Part shown: positions 9,512 through 18,425 of the stretch, one piece after another | Numbering within the stretch: the first letter of the stretch is position 1 | How the letters are laid out: each line of letters opens with the position of its first letter | Source of the DNA: Polyangiales bacterium | GTDB lineage: Bacteria > Myxococcota_A > Polyangia > Polyangiales > Polyangiaceae | Length of the DNA stretch: 64,000 nt | Assembly (NCBI GenBank): GCA_038231275.1 | Contig: JBBRLQ010000014.1 | Location: forward strand, 1-64,000 | Direction: 5' to 3' | Program-made: the position numbers and the translations under genes | Notes under the pieces: generated by a model | Seen by the model: only the letters and a program-made list of their open reading frames with translations | The model's database searches: none | Told to the model about the DNA's origin: nothing

Positions 9512-10408
9512 ATGACGGCGATCCGCGCGGAGCATCCAATCGATCTGGGGCTCACGCTGGGGCCGCTTCGGCGCGGGCCTCGCGATCGATCGTTCGCGAT
9601 CGACGGCGGAGGCACTTGGCTGGCGATGCGCACGCCCGACGGGGTGGCGACCGTGCGCCTCGTCGCGCGCGGCGGTCGGGTCTTCGCGCGCGCGTGGGGA
9701 CCGGGCGAAGCGTGGGCGATCGCGAACGCGCCGGATCTCGTGGGCGCGCGCGACAATCTCGAAGGCTTCGCGCCGACCGGGAAGCTCGCCGAGCTGCACC
9801 GTCGCCTGCCGGGCCTCCGCTTCGCGCGAACGCGCCGCGTCTTCGAGGTGCTCGTTCCGACGATCCTCGAGCAGAAGGTGTCGGGGATGGAGGCGCAGCT
9901 CTCGTACGCGGATCTTTTGCGGCGCTGGGGCGAGCTAGCGCCCGGGCCGAAGAGCGGGCCGGCCCTCGTCGCTCCGCCGTCGCCCGAGACGGTCGCGCGC
10001 CTGTCGTACTGGGAGCTCCACGAGATCGGCGTCGAGAAGCGTCGCGCCGACACGATCCTGCGCGTCGCGAAGCGGGCGTCGCGGATGGAGCAGGCGGCCG
10101 ACATGATCTCCGCGGCCGCGCGCGCACGCCTCGAGGCGATCCCCGGCGTGGGGCCGTGGACGAGCGGGATGGTGGCGCTCCACGCGCTCGGCGACGCCGA
10201 CGCGGTGCCGCTAGGCGACTACCACCTGCCGAGCACCGTCGTCTTCGCCTTCACCGGCCGCGCGCGCGGCGTGGACGACGAGATGCTCGAGCTCCTGGCG
10301 CCGTTCGCGCCGCACCGCGGCCGCGTCCTTCGCCTGATCATGTCCGGTGGCATCGGCGCGCCGCGCTTCGGCGCTCGACGTCCGCTACGTCGCATCGCCC
10401 GCATGTGA
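9512..10408 (+). CDS. DNA-3-methyladenine glycosylase II (AlkA/HhH-GPD family)
   Basis: ILEQKVS; HhH motif LEAIPGVGPWT; GDADAVPLGDYH. Confidence 0.85.
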   Translation: MTAIRAEHPIDLGLTLGPLRRGPRDRSFAIDGGGTWLAMRTPDGVATVRLVARGGRVFARAWGPGEAWAIANAPDLVGARDNLEGFAPTGKLAELHRRLPGLRFARTRRVFEVLVPTILEQKVSGMEAQLSYADLLRRWGELAPGPKSGPALVAPPSPETVARLSYWELHEIGVEKRRADTILRVAKRASRMEQAADMISAAARARLEAIPGVGPWTSGMVALHALGDADAVPLGDYHLPSTVVFAFTGRARGVDDEMLELLAPFAPHRGRVLRLIMSGGIGAPRFGARRPLRRIARM

Positions 10409-10711
10409 CCGCGCCTCGGCCTCGGCGAGGCGGTCGATCTCGTAGCGAGTGCGCGTGAGCTCGTTCTTGTAATACCAAGTGCGCATGTACGTGATGTAGA
10501 TCGCCGTGATCCACAGGATGATGCCGAGCGTGAGGATCGAGCCAGCGACGAAATGCTGGAAGCTCCAGACAATCCCGCCGAGCACTCCTCCGCCGGCGAG
10601 GTACGCCCACGACCAACGCCGCTGACGCGCCATCTCGACGATGTTCTCCTCGAGCTTGGTCGCCCACGCCTCGTACTTGGCGACCTGTTCCTCGTCCTCG
10701 CGCTCGCCCAT
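10385..10711 (-). CDS. Small two-TM membrane protein, unknown function
   Basis: MGEREDEEQ start; two hydrophobic helices flanked by charged helices. Confidence 0.65.
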   Translation of the reverse strand: MGEREDEEQVAKYEAWATKLEENIVEMARQRRWSWAYLAGGGVLGGIVWSFQHFVAGSILTLGIILWITAIYITYMRTWYYKNELTRTRYEIDRLAEAEARSHAGDAT

Positions 10712-10781
10712 CGTCTGCGCGGACGATACCTCGAAATCGCGGCCCAGAGGAGAGCGCCAGCCGTCGGGTGGTCGCGCCGGT

Positions 10782-12659
10782 CTAGAGCGAGTCGAGGTAG
10801 GTCGACAGGTCCGCAAGCTGCGCGGCACCGAGCTGCGCGGTCGTGCCGTGTCCCTTGGTCGCGCACGCGCCGAAGCGATCCGCCATCGTCGCGGCGCAGC
10901 CGTCGTGAAGGAGAGGAGCACGCCAGCCGACGCCGATCAGCGAAGGGACCTGGAACGCGCCGCCGGTGCCGACGTCGACGGTGGCGTTGTTCGTCTTCTT
11001 GTCTCCGGTGTGGCACGACGCGCAGCCGACGTCGGCGGACTCGAACAGGGCTTGCCCGCGCGCGCGTGCGGCCTCGTCGACGCGAACGGCGGGCGGCGCT
11101 GGGATCGCGAACATCCATTGTTGGAGCGCGCCGGTCGCGGTCACATCGAGCTCCGGGCCGCCCATGCGTCCGCTGAAGACGTCGTGCGAGAGCTGCGCGA
11201 TGTCCGCCTCGTCGCCGCTCCAGTGGAAGGGGGCGGTGCCTGCGAGCGTGCCGCGCAGCGAGGGCGTTCGGCGCGCGCCGAACGGAAAGCGCCACGAGCG
11301 ACCGTCGTCGCCGCCTTCCGGGTGGCACGATGCGCACGCCAGGGACGAACCGGAGTTGCTGTGGAAGATCGCGTGGCCGGTGTCCTCGCGCGAGCCCGCG
11401 GCCGCGGTCGGCGCGAAGGCGACCTCTGCGCCGCCGCTCGACGCCGCCTGCAAGACGCTCAGGCCCGCCGGTTCGCGCGACTGCACGACGAGCCGATTCC
11501 CCGACGCGAATGCGACCGCGACCGGCTGGCCGATCGGGCGCAGTTGCTCCCCGCCGACACACGGCGATCCGTTCCCCGATTGGGCGGCGGCGGTGATGCG
11601 GACCAGCGTGGGCAAGCTCGGCGTGTGCGCGTTTCCCGCGGATACGACGACGATACTTCCGTCCGCGGCGACGTCGAAGTCCACGGGGAGGACCACGCCG
11701 TCGATCGCGGGCGTAGGCGTCGTGAGCCCACCGCCTACCACGGTGACCGCGCTGTGGATCGCGCCGCCGCACGGCATGATTCCTCCGTAGCCGCCCGGCG
11801 TGGTCATCAGGAGCGACGTGCGTCCGCGCTGATGCACGACGTTCGCGCCGCCGTCCGAGCGAGCGCGCATTCGCCAGGCCACCGCCGGCGTCATGGTCCC
11901 GAGGTCCTTGAGCCCGAGACCACCGCCGGACACGACGGGCATCTCAATCGACGCGAGCGTTTCGGTGCGCGTGACCGTGCCCTTCGCGTCCACGTGCAGC
12001 ACCTCGCCGGATCGAAATCGCGTGACGAGCAGCTCGCTCGGACCGACGACGACGTCGCGCAGATCGCGACCGAGCGAGAGGGTGCGCGTCGCGGGACCTC
12101 CTGCCGCGTCGAAGGTGACGAGCTCGCCGGTCGCGCACGCGACAATCACCGAATCGGCGGCCGCGTCGTAGGCGACCCCACGCGGCGCCGGACACACATC
12201 GCGCCGCGCGAGCACGGTGCCCTTGGACACGTCAACGGTGACGAGCGCGCCGCCGCGGCGAAGCGCCACGTGCACACGATGGGCGGCGTCCTCGACCAGG
12301 CGACCGGGCTCGTCGCCGGGACGGAGCGCGATCGTTGCGAGGGCCGGCGGCAGGTCGAGGTTGCCCACGAAGAGGACGTCGCGTTCCGGGTCCGCCGCGA
12401 CGACGGTGTGGCCGTCGGCGCCGACGAGGAGCGTCCCGCCGCTGATCGGGGCGGCTCCGGGGCTGCGCGCGGCGGTGAACTCGGGGCTGGGTCCGCGAGG
12501 CACCTGCGCGCTCGCGTCGAGGGCTCCCTCGGACGGCGAGTCGACTCCGGGGATGTCGAGCGACGCCGGCGCAGGGGAGGTAGCGTCGGCGCCCGATGAG
12601 CATGCGGCGACGAAGCCGAGCAGGAGGGCGGCGCGTCGTCCGCGAAGGGTGGCGTCCAT
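10782..12659 (-). CDS. Lipoprotein with beta-propeller and di-heme cytochrome c (CCP/MauG-like) domain
   Basis: Lipobox VAAC; propeller-type repeats; two CASCH heme motifs with RRTPSL, FHWSG, VPSL and LHDG. Confidence 0.78.
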   Translation of the reverse strand: MDATLRGRRAALLLGFVAACSSGADATSPAPASLDIPGVDSPSEGALDASAQVPRGPSPEFTAARSPGAAPISGGTLLVGADGHTVVAADPERDVLFVGNLDLPPALATIALRPGDEPGRLVEDAAHRVHVALRRGGALVTVDVSKGTVLARRDVCPAPRGVAYDAAADSVIVACATGELVTFDAAGGPATRTLSLGRDLRDVVVGPSELLVTRFRSGEVLHVDAKGTVTRTETLASIEMPVVSGGGLGLKDLGTMTPAVAWRMRARSDGGANVVHQRGRTSLLMTTPGGYGGIMPCGGAIHSAVTVVGGGLTTPTPAIDGVVLPVDFDVAADGSIVVVSAGNAHTPSLPTLVRITAAAQSGNGSPCVGGEQLRPIGQPVAVAFASGNRLVVQSREPAGLSVLQAASSGGAEVAFAPTAAAGSREDTGHAIFHSNSGSSLACASCHPEGGDDGRSWRFPFGARRTPSLRGTLAGTAPFHWSGDEADIAQLSHDVFSGRMGGPELDVTATGALQQWMFAIPAPPAVRVDEAARARGQALFESADVGCASCHTGDKKTNNATVDVGTGGAFQVPSLIGVGWRAPLLHDGCAATMADRFGACATKGHGTTAQLGAAQLADLSTYLDSL

Positions 12660-12735
12660 TTCCGACGCCGATGGCCGTCCGTGCGGCAATCCGTCGCGCT
12701 GCCCGAACGCGTGCTACTCTTCCCGCTGGGCGAAG

Positions 12736-14646
12736 ATGGTGGGCACCGCTTCACAGGCTGGAGAACGCGCCGAGGGAGAGACCGTCCTCCTGGGCCGCTA
12801 CGAAGTGCTGACGCTCCTGGCGTCCGGCGGAATGGCCCACGTGTACGTCGGCCGGCGCCACGGTGCGCAAGGCTTCCAGCGCCTCGTCGCGATCAAGAGG
12901 ATGCGCTCGCACCTCCTCCAGAACGCCGACATGAGCGCCCAGTTCGCCGACGAGGCACGCATCGCCTCGCTCATCCAGCACCCCAACGTGGTCTCGATCC
13001 ACGACGTGCACGAGGAGAAGGGCGAGCTCGTCCTCGTCATGGACTACATCGACGGGGTGAGCCTCGCCGATCTCCTGAAGGAGCTCTCGCGCAGGCAGCA
13101 GAAGGTCGGCGTCGACGTCGCGCTGCGCATCGTGGTCGACGCATTGCGCGGCCTCCACGCGGCGCACGAGCTCCGCGACTACGCGGGCACATTCATGAAC
13201 GTCGTTCACCGCGACGCGACGCCCACGAACATCCTCGTGGGGCGCGACGGCAGCGTGCGCATCACCGACTTCGGCGTCGCCAAAGCCGTCGCGCGCGAGG
13301 TGCAGACGCAGGCCGGCTACATCAAGGGAAAGTTCGGGTACATGGCCCCCGAGCAGGCGGCCGATCAGCCGCTCGACCGCCGAGTGGACGTGTTCGCGCT
13401 CGGTACGGTCCTCTGGGAGCTGCTGACCGGGCGGCCCCTCTTCGGCGGTGGCGGCTACGACTCGCTTCGAGCCGTGATGAGCGGGCCGATCGAGGCGCCG
13501 AGCAAGCACGGCGCGAAGGTGTCGCCTGCGCAGGACGCCGTCGTCCTCGCCGCGCTCGAGCGCGATCGGGATCGACGGCACCTGACGGCGGCCGCCTTCG
13601 CCGACGCGCTGGAAGAGAGCGCGCGGGCAGGGGATGGGCTCGCGACGCCGACGCGCGTTGCCGAGGCGATTGGCATTTACTGCCTTCCGTCGATCCTGGA
13701 GCGCGAGACGCGGCTCAAGGACGTGCTCAGCGGGCGCGCGCCGAAGGCCAAGCCGGGGCCGCCGAGCCAGACGACCCTGCCCATGTCGTCCGACCCGCCT
13801 ACGGCGAGCGGAGTGCAGCAGTCGCCACAGATCACCGTCGCCATGGCGGCGCCCAGCCCCTCGGCGACGCTGCCGATGAAGATGCTCGCCGACGACTCCG
13901 CGTCGCGCCTCGTCGATATGGAGGTCGACGTCGCGACGGCGATCATGCCGAGTCCGCTCCAAGCCGCCGCCGTTGCCGCGACGGCTGCGCCCGCACCTGC
14001 GCCCGCACTTGCGCCGGCACCTCACCCTCCTCCCGAGCCGCAGCGCCCCATGCCGTCGAAGGCCATGGGGACGATGCTCGGCATGCCGGTGCCCGGCCAG
14101 CAGCCACAAGCGTTCGCGCCTTCGCCGCAGGCTCCGCCGCCGGGAGGCCCGCCCCCGCCGCGCGCGGCGATCGTCGCCGACGATCCGTTCAAGGCTGCGC
14201 CGATCTCGTTCGACGAGCCCGCCGCGTCGTTCCAGCCGGAGCCCGCACAGACCGAGCGCACCAAGCGCATGCGGACCATCGTCCTCGGCGTCGTCGGCGG
14301 CGCGACGCTCCTCATCGTGGCGGCGGCGGTCGCGAGCGCGTTCCGCAAGCCCGCAGACGACGCGTCGGGAACCTCGACGAGCGCCGCGACGGCGATCGCG
14401 ACCGCGACGTCGACCGCGGCGGCGACCGCGGCGAGAACGGCCGATCCGATCCCGCCGCCCGATCCGGTGGCGACCGCCGCGCCGCCTCCTCCGGTCACGA
14501 CCGCCGCGCCGCCTCCTCCGGTGACCGTCGCGCAGCAGCCGACTCCTCCTCCTCCGCCGGTCCGCACCGTCGCGCAGCCGCTTCCTCCTCCGCCGGGTCG
14601 AGGCAAGCCGAGCAAGGGCAACATCGTCCGCGACGCACCGTTCTAG
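12736..14646 (+). CDS. Membrane-anchored Ser/Thr protein kinase
   Basis: LASGGMA, VAIK, HRD, DFG, GKFGYMAPEQ, DVFALG; Pro-rich linker and one TM helix. Confidence 0.93.
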   Translation: MVGTASQAGERAEGETVLLGRYEVLTLLASGGMAHVYVGRRHGAQGFQRLVAIKRMRSHLLQNADMSAQFADEARIASLIQHPNVVSIHDVHEEKGELVLVMDYIDGVSLADLLKELSRRQQKVGVDVALRIVVDALRGLHAAHELRDYAGTFMNVVHRDATPTNILVGRDGSVRITDFGVAKAVAREVQTQAGYIKGKFGYMAPEQAADQPLDRRVDVFALGTVLWELLTGRPLFGGGGYDSLRAVMSGPIEAPSKHGAKVSPAQDAVVLAALERDRDRRHLTAAAFADALEESARAGDGLATPTRVAEAIGIYCLPSILERETRLKDVLSGRAPKAKPGPPSQTTLPMSSDPPTASGVQQSPQITVAMAAPSPSATLPMKMLADDSASRLVDMEVDVATAIMPSPLQAAAVAATAAPAPAPALAPAPHPPPEPQRPMPSKAMGTMLGMPVPGQQPQAFAPSPQAPPPGGPPPPRAAIVADDPFKAAPISFDEPAASFQPEPAQTERTKRMRTIVLGVVGGATLLIVAAAVASAFRKPADDASGTSTSAATAIATATSTAAATAARTADPIPPPDPVATAAPPPPVTTAAPPPPVTVAQQPTPPPPPVRTVAQPLPPPPGRGKPSKGNIVRDAPF

Positions 14647-14685
14647 GCGAAGGCGCTGCTCGTCTGGGGTATGCTCGCGCACCCC

Positions 14686-16221
14686 ATGACGACCGAAGCC
14701 GTCTTTGCCATGACGAGCCCGCTCGACGGAGCCGCGCTCGGCGACGTCGCCGCGACCGAGATCTCCCAGATCGCCGAGATCGTCGCCAAAGCCCGCGAGG
14801 CTCAGCGCGGCTGGGCCGAAAAAAGCGTGGACGAGCGGGTCAAGGCGCTCCTGTCCGTGAAGGATCGCGTCCTCGATCGCGCCGAGACGATCACGCGCGA
14901 GGTCCACACCGAGATCGGCAAGCCAGAAGTGGAGATCCTCCTCGGCGAGGTGCTCTCGTCCGGCGACGTCGTGCAGTACTGGTGCGACGCGATCGAGGAG
15001 CTGCTCGACGAGGTCGAGGTCGAGCTCGACAAGCTCTCGTTTCCCGGCAAATCAGGCCTGATTTACAAAGAGCCGCGGGGCGTCATCGCGCTCATCACGC
15101 CGTGGAACATGCCGGTCGCGATCCCGTTGCGCACGCTCATCCCGGCGCTCTTGGCCGGCAACGCGGTCGTCCTCAAGCCGAGCGAGGTGTCGCCGCGCTC
15201 GGGCAAGCTCGTGCACGAGCTCTTCGACGGGCTCGTCCCCGAAGGCCTCGTCGGGCTCGTGCAAGGGGGCAAGGACGCAGGCGCGGCCCTCGCCTCGGCG
15301 GACGTCGACCTCGTGGTCTTCACCGGCAGCGTCGCCGCCGGGCGCAAGGTCGCACACGCGTGCGCGGAGCGGCTCATCCCGTGCTCGCTGGAGCTCGGCG
15401 GGAAGGACGCCGCCATCGTGCTCGCCGACGCCGATCTCGATCGCGCCGCGAACGGCATCGTGTGGGGCGCGCTCACCATGAGCGGCCAAAACTGCGCGAG
15501 CGTCGAGCGCGTGTACGTCGAGAAGGCCGTCGCGAAGCAGCTCACGGACAAGATCGTCGCGGTCGTGAAGGGGCTCGCCGAGGGGGACGTCGGGCCGCTC
15601 GCGACGGCGACGCAGCGCGAGCTCGTGAAGAAGCACGTCGAGTCGGCGAAGGAGGCCGGCGCCACGGTGCTCGTCGGCGGCGAATCGGGCGAGAAGGGCT
15701 ACGCGTTCTCGCCCGCCGTGGTGGAGGTCGGGTCGGACGACAGCGCGCTCATGAAGGACGAGACGTTCGGCCCGGTCATCCCGATCGCGACGGTCGAGAA
15801 CGTCGAAGAGGCGATTACGCGTGCGAACGCGTCGCGCTACGGCCTCACCGCGAGCGTGTGGACGAAGAAGGCATCGCGCGGCGCGCAACTCGCCCGGCGG
15901 CTGCGCGCGGGCGTCGTCACCATCAACAACCACTCGTTCACCGGCGCGCTCCCGCAAGCTCCGTGGAGCGGCGTCGGAGAGAGCGGCTCCGGCATCACCA
16001 ACTCGCCGCTCGCCCTCGAGCACCTGACGCGCCCGCGCTTCGTGCTCGTCGACGGGAACCGCAGCAAGCGCGAGCTGTGGTGGTACCCGTACACGGGGAC
16101 GATCAAGACGATCGCCCTCGCGTTCGCCGTCCTGCGCAGCCGCACGAGCGGCATCGGCGCCAAGATCGGCGCGTTTTTCCGCCTCGTCGGCGCCCTCCCG
16201 AAGCGCCTCGGCGGCGGCTGA
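14686..16221 (+). CDS. Aldehyde dehydrogenase family protein
   Basis: ITPWN, KPSE, FTGS, LELGGK, catalytic GQNC, ETFGP. Confidence 0.93.
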   Translation: MTTEAVFAMTSPLDGAALGDVAATEISQIAEIVAKAREAQRGWAEKSVDERVKALLSVKDRVLDRAETITREVHTEIGKPEVEILLGEVLSSGDVVQYWCDAIEELLDEVEVELDKLSFPGKSGLIYKEPRGVIALITPWNMPVAIPLRTLIPALLAGNAVVLKPSEVSPRSGKLVHELFDGLVPEGLVGLVQGGKDAGAALASADVDLVVFTGSVAAGRKVAHACAERLIPCSLELGGKDAAIVLADADLDRAANGIVWGALTMSGQNCASVERVYVEKAVAKQLTDKIVAVVKGLAEGDVGPLATATQRELVKKHVESAKEAGATVLVGGESGEKGYAFSPAVVEVGSDDSALMKDETFGPVIPIATVENVEEAITRANASRYGLTASVWTKKASRGAQLARRLRAGVVTINNHSFTGALPQAPWSGVGESGSGITNSPLALEHLTRPRFVLVDGNRSKRELWWYPYTGTIKTIALAFAVLRSRTSGIGAKIGAFFRLVGALPKRLGGG

Positions 16222-16262
16222 TCGCGGAGGAAGCGGCAGTGGGAAGGACGTCGCACAGCGTG

Positions 16263-16934
16263 ATGGCGGTCGTCGCGCTACTCGTCGCCTCGTGCGCGCC
16301 GCCCCCGACTCCGACCGCGACTCCGACCGCGACTCCGACTCCGACTCCGACTCCGACTCCGGCTCCGATTGCGTCGCAGGCGTACACGCGTGACGTGTGG
16401 GTCGTGACGACGTTGCCGTCGCCGATGTTCCTATTGGCGAGGTTCGAGGAACCTGCCGGCGAGGACTGCGAGGCGCGTCTCTTCGCGCACGCTCGGGCGC
16501 TCGGGGCCAATCGGCTGACCATCGATCGCGACGTCGCGTGCGGCGGCAGCGCGTACTTCGTGAGGCCCGATGCGGCGCCGGGCGAGACGTCGCTGACCTT
16601 GCGAGGAAACGTGCGTCCGTCCGACGCGGCACTCCTCGACTGGGTGCGGGCCCGGTGGAAACGTCCGGCGTCGCTGACCGAGGCGGCGTCGCGGAAGCTG
16701 TGCGTCGTCGTCCAGTTCACCGTGTCGCCGACGCGCCGCGTGCTCGACGTGCGGGGGCAGCCGATCCGCCCGAGCGGCGACGCCGCGTTCGATGAGTCGG
16801 TGCGCGCGGCAATCGAGTCGGCCATCGCCGCGCACGCCAACGCGCCGGTGCCGCCACGGGATCTCGTCGGTGACGTCGTCGCCTACCGCCTCGAGTTCAC
16901 CGAGGGCGATCCGCGAATCTGCCGCTCCCCTTAG
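16263..16934 (+). CDS. Lipoprotein with Pro-Thr linker and TonB/TolA C-terminal-like domain
   Basis: 3' end of long ORF 12681..16934: lipobox VASC, PT repeats, then W..P...VVQFTVS....PSGDAAFDESVRAAI. Confidence 0.6.
   Translation: MAVVALLVASCAPPPTPTATPTATPTPTPTPTPAPIASQAYTRDVWVVTTLPSPMFLLARFEEPAGEDCEARLFAHARALGANRLTIDRDVACGGSAYFVRPDAAPGETSLTLRGNVRPSDAALLDWVRARWKRPASLTEAASRKLCVVVQFTVSPTRRVLDVRGQPIRPSGDAAFDESVRAAIESAIAAHANAPVPPRDLVGDVVAYRLEFTEGDPRICRSP
16305..16367 (+). repeat. (CCGACT)n hexamer repeat encoding a Pro-Thr linker
   Basis: Tandem ccgact/ccgacc/gcgact units. Confidence 0.85.
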
Positions 16935-17022
16935 CGCGGAAGTCGTTTGACCGTGGCGGGCAACGACTGGAGCGGCCCACCTGGAAGCATAGAGCGAGCG
17001 TTACGTAGTAACGACGCTTGCT

Positions 17023-17553
17023 CTAGTAGGTCAGCACGCTCTCCACGCGTGACGGTTCGAGGAGCTTCCGCCCGCCGAGGAACCCGAGCTCGATCACGAA
17101 GACGAACGCCGTGACGTGCCCGCCCTGCTTCACGACGAGCTCCGCGGCCGCCTTGGCAGTGCCCCCGGTGGCGAGGACGTCGTCGACGATCGCGACGGAG
17201 GCCCCTTTGCGGATGCTGTCGACGTGCATCTCGAGCTCCGCCTTCGAGTACTCGGTGGTGTACCCGACGCGATCGGACTTCCACGGCAGCTTGCCCGGTT
17301 TGCGGGCCGGGACGAAGCTCGCGTTGAGCCGCGCCGCGAGCGCGCCGCCGAAGATGAAGCCGCGCGCCTCGATCCCGACGACCGCGTCGACGTGCTCGCC
17401 GATGAGCCGCTCGGCGAGGCTGTCGAGCGCGATGTGGAACGCGCGCGGATCGGCGAGCATCGGCGTGATGTCCTTGAACATGATCCCGGGGCTCGGAAAG
17501 TCCGGGACGTCGCGGATCTTCGATTTGACGTAGTCGAGGCGCGCGGTGCTCAT
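17023..17553 (-). CDS. apt: Adenine phosphoribosyltransferase
   Basis: PDFPSPGIMFKDITP, EARGF, RKPGKLP, PRPP motif VDDVLATGGT. Confidence 0.96.
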   Translation of the reverse strand: MSTARLDYVKSKIRDVPDFPSPGIMFKDITPMLADPRAFHIALDSLAERLIGEHVDAVVGIEARGFIFGGALAARLNASFVPARKPGKLPWKSDRVGYTTEYSKAELEMHVDSIRKGASVAIVDDVLATGGTAKAAAELVVKQGGHVTAFVFVIELGFLGGRKLLEPSRVESVLTY

Positions 17554-17562
17554 GGGGGCCTC

Positions 17563-18360
17563 TTACGAGACTTTCTCGCAGATCTCCAGCATCGCCGCGT
17601 GGTCGGCGCCTTGCGTGAGATCGAGGATGAGCGAGGTGACGCTCGCGGCGCCGTCGTCGTAGGCGTCGGTGTCGGTGCCGGCGTTGCGCTCGTGCCGCAC
17701 GCCGGGGCCGCCGAGCCACAGGTACTCGCGACCGCGCGGATCGTTTCGGTACTGAACGAGCTCCTCGTAGATGCGCGTGCCGAGGCGCGTCGCGCGGATC
17801 TCGCCGGTCCACTTCTCCGGCACGTTGACGCTCACGAGCGGCGCGGTGGGCTTGGCGCCGCCGCCTGCCCGCGCCGCGCGCGCAAGCAGCTCCATTCCGA
17901 TTCGGGTCGCGAGGTCGGCGACGCGCGGGATGTCGGCGCCTGGATGGTGTGCGCTCACCGCCACCGCAGGGATCCCGCGAAGCGCGCCTTCACGCGCCGC
18001 CGCGACGGTGCCCGAATAGAACGCGTCCTGCCCTAGGTTCATCCCGCGGTTGATGCCGCTGACGACGAGATCGGGACGCCGCGGCAGGATTCGCCCCTCG
18101 GAGTGCAGCGCGACGTACACGCAGTCGGCGGGCGTCCCGTCGAGCGCAAACCCCTTCAAATCAGGCAAATTCGCCACGTTGAGCGCGCGGAGGCGCAGCG
18201 GCCGATGCAGGGTCAGGGCGTGGCTCGTCGCGCTCTGCTCGGTCTCGGGGGCGACCATCACGACGTCGGCCCGGGTCGCCAGCGCCTCGTACATCGCGCG
18301 GATCCCGGCGCTCGCGTGGCCGTCGTCGTTCGACAGGAGGATGAGGGGGCGGGTGCTCAC
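17563..18360 (-). CDS. surE: 5'/3'-nucleotidase SurE
   Basis: LLSNDDG, GTPADCV, SGINRG, YSGTVAAA. Confidence 0.95.
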   Translation of the reverse strand: MSTRPLILLSNDDGHASAGIRAMYEALATRADVVMVAPETEQSATSHALTLHRPLRLRALNVANLPDLKGFALDGTPADCVYVALHSEGRILPRRPDLVVSGINRGMNLGQDAFYSGTVAAAREGALRGIPAVAVSAHHPGADIPRVADLATRIGMELLARAARAGGGAKPTAPLVSVNVPEKWTGEIRATRLGTRIYEELVQYRNDPRGREYLWLGGPGVRHERNAGTDTDAYDDGAASVTSLILDLTQGADHAAMLEICEKVS

Positions 18361-18425
18361 GCGACGGTTCTACCACCTTCGGGCTCGACAGAGACGTCGG
18401 CCATGCCCCAGACTCGGGTGGCTCG

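Noticed and set aside
12681..16262. 1417-aa + strand ORF (12681..16934)
   Set aside because: Arg/Ala-rich off-frame read-through over the kinase and ALDH genes; only the last ~223 codons look like a real gene.
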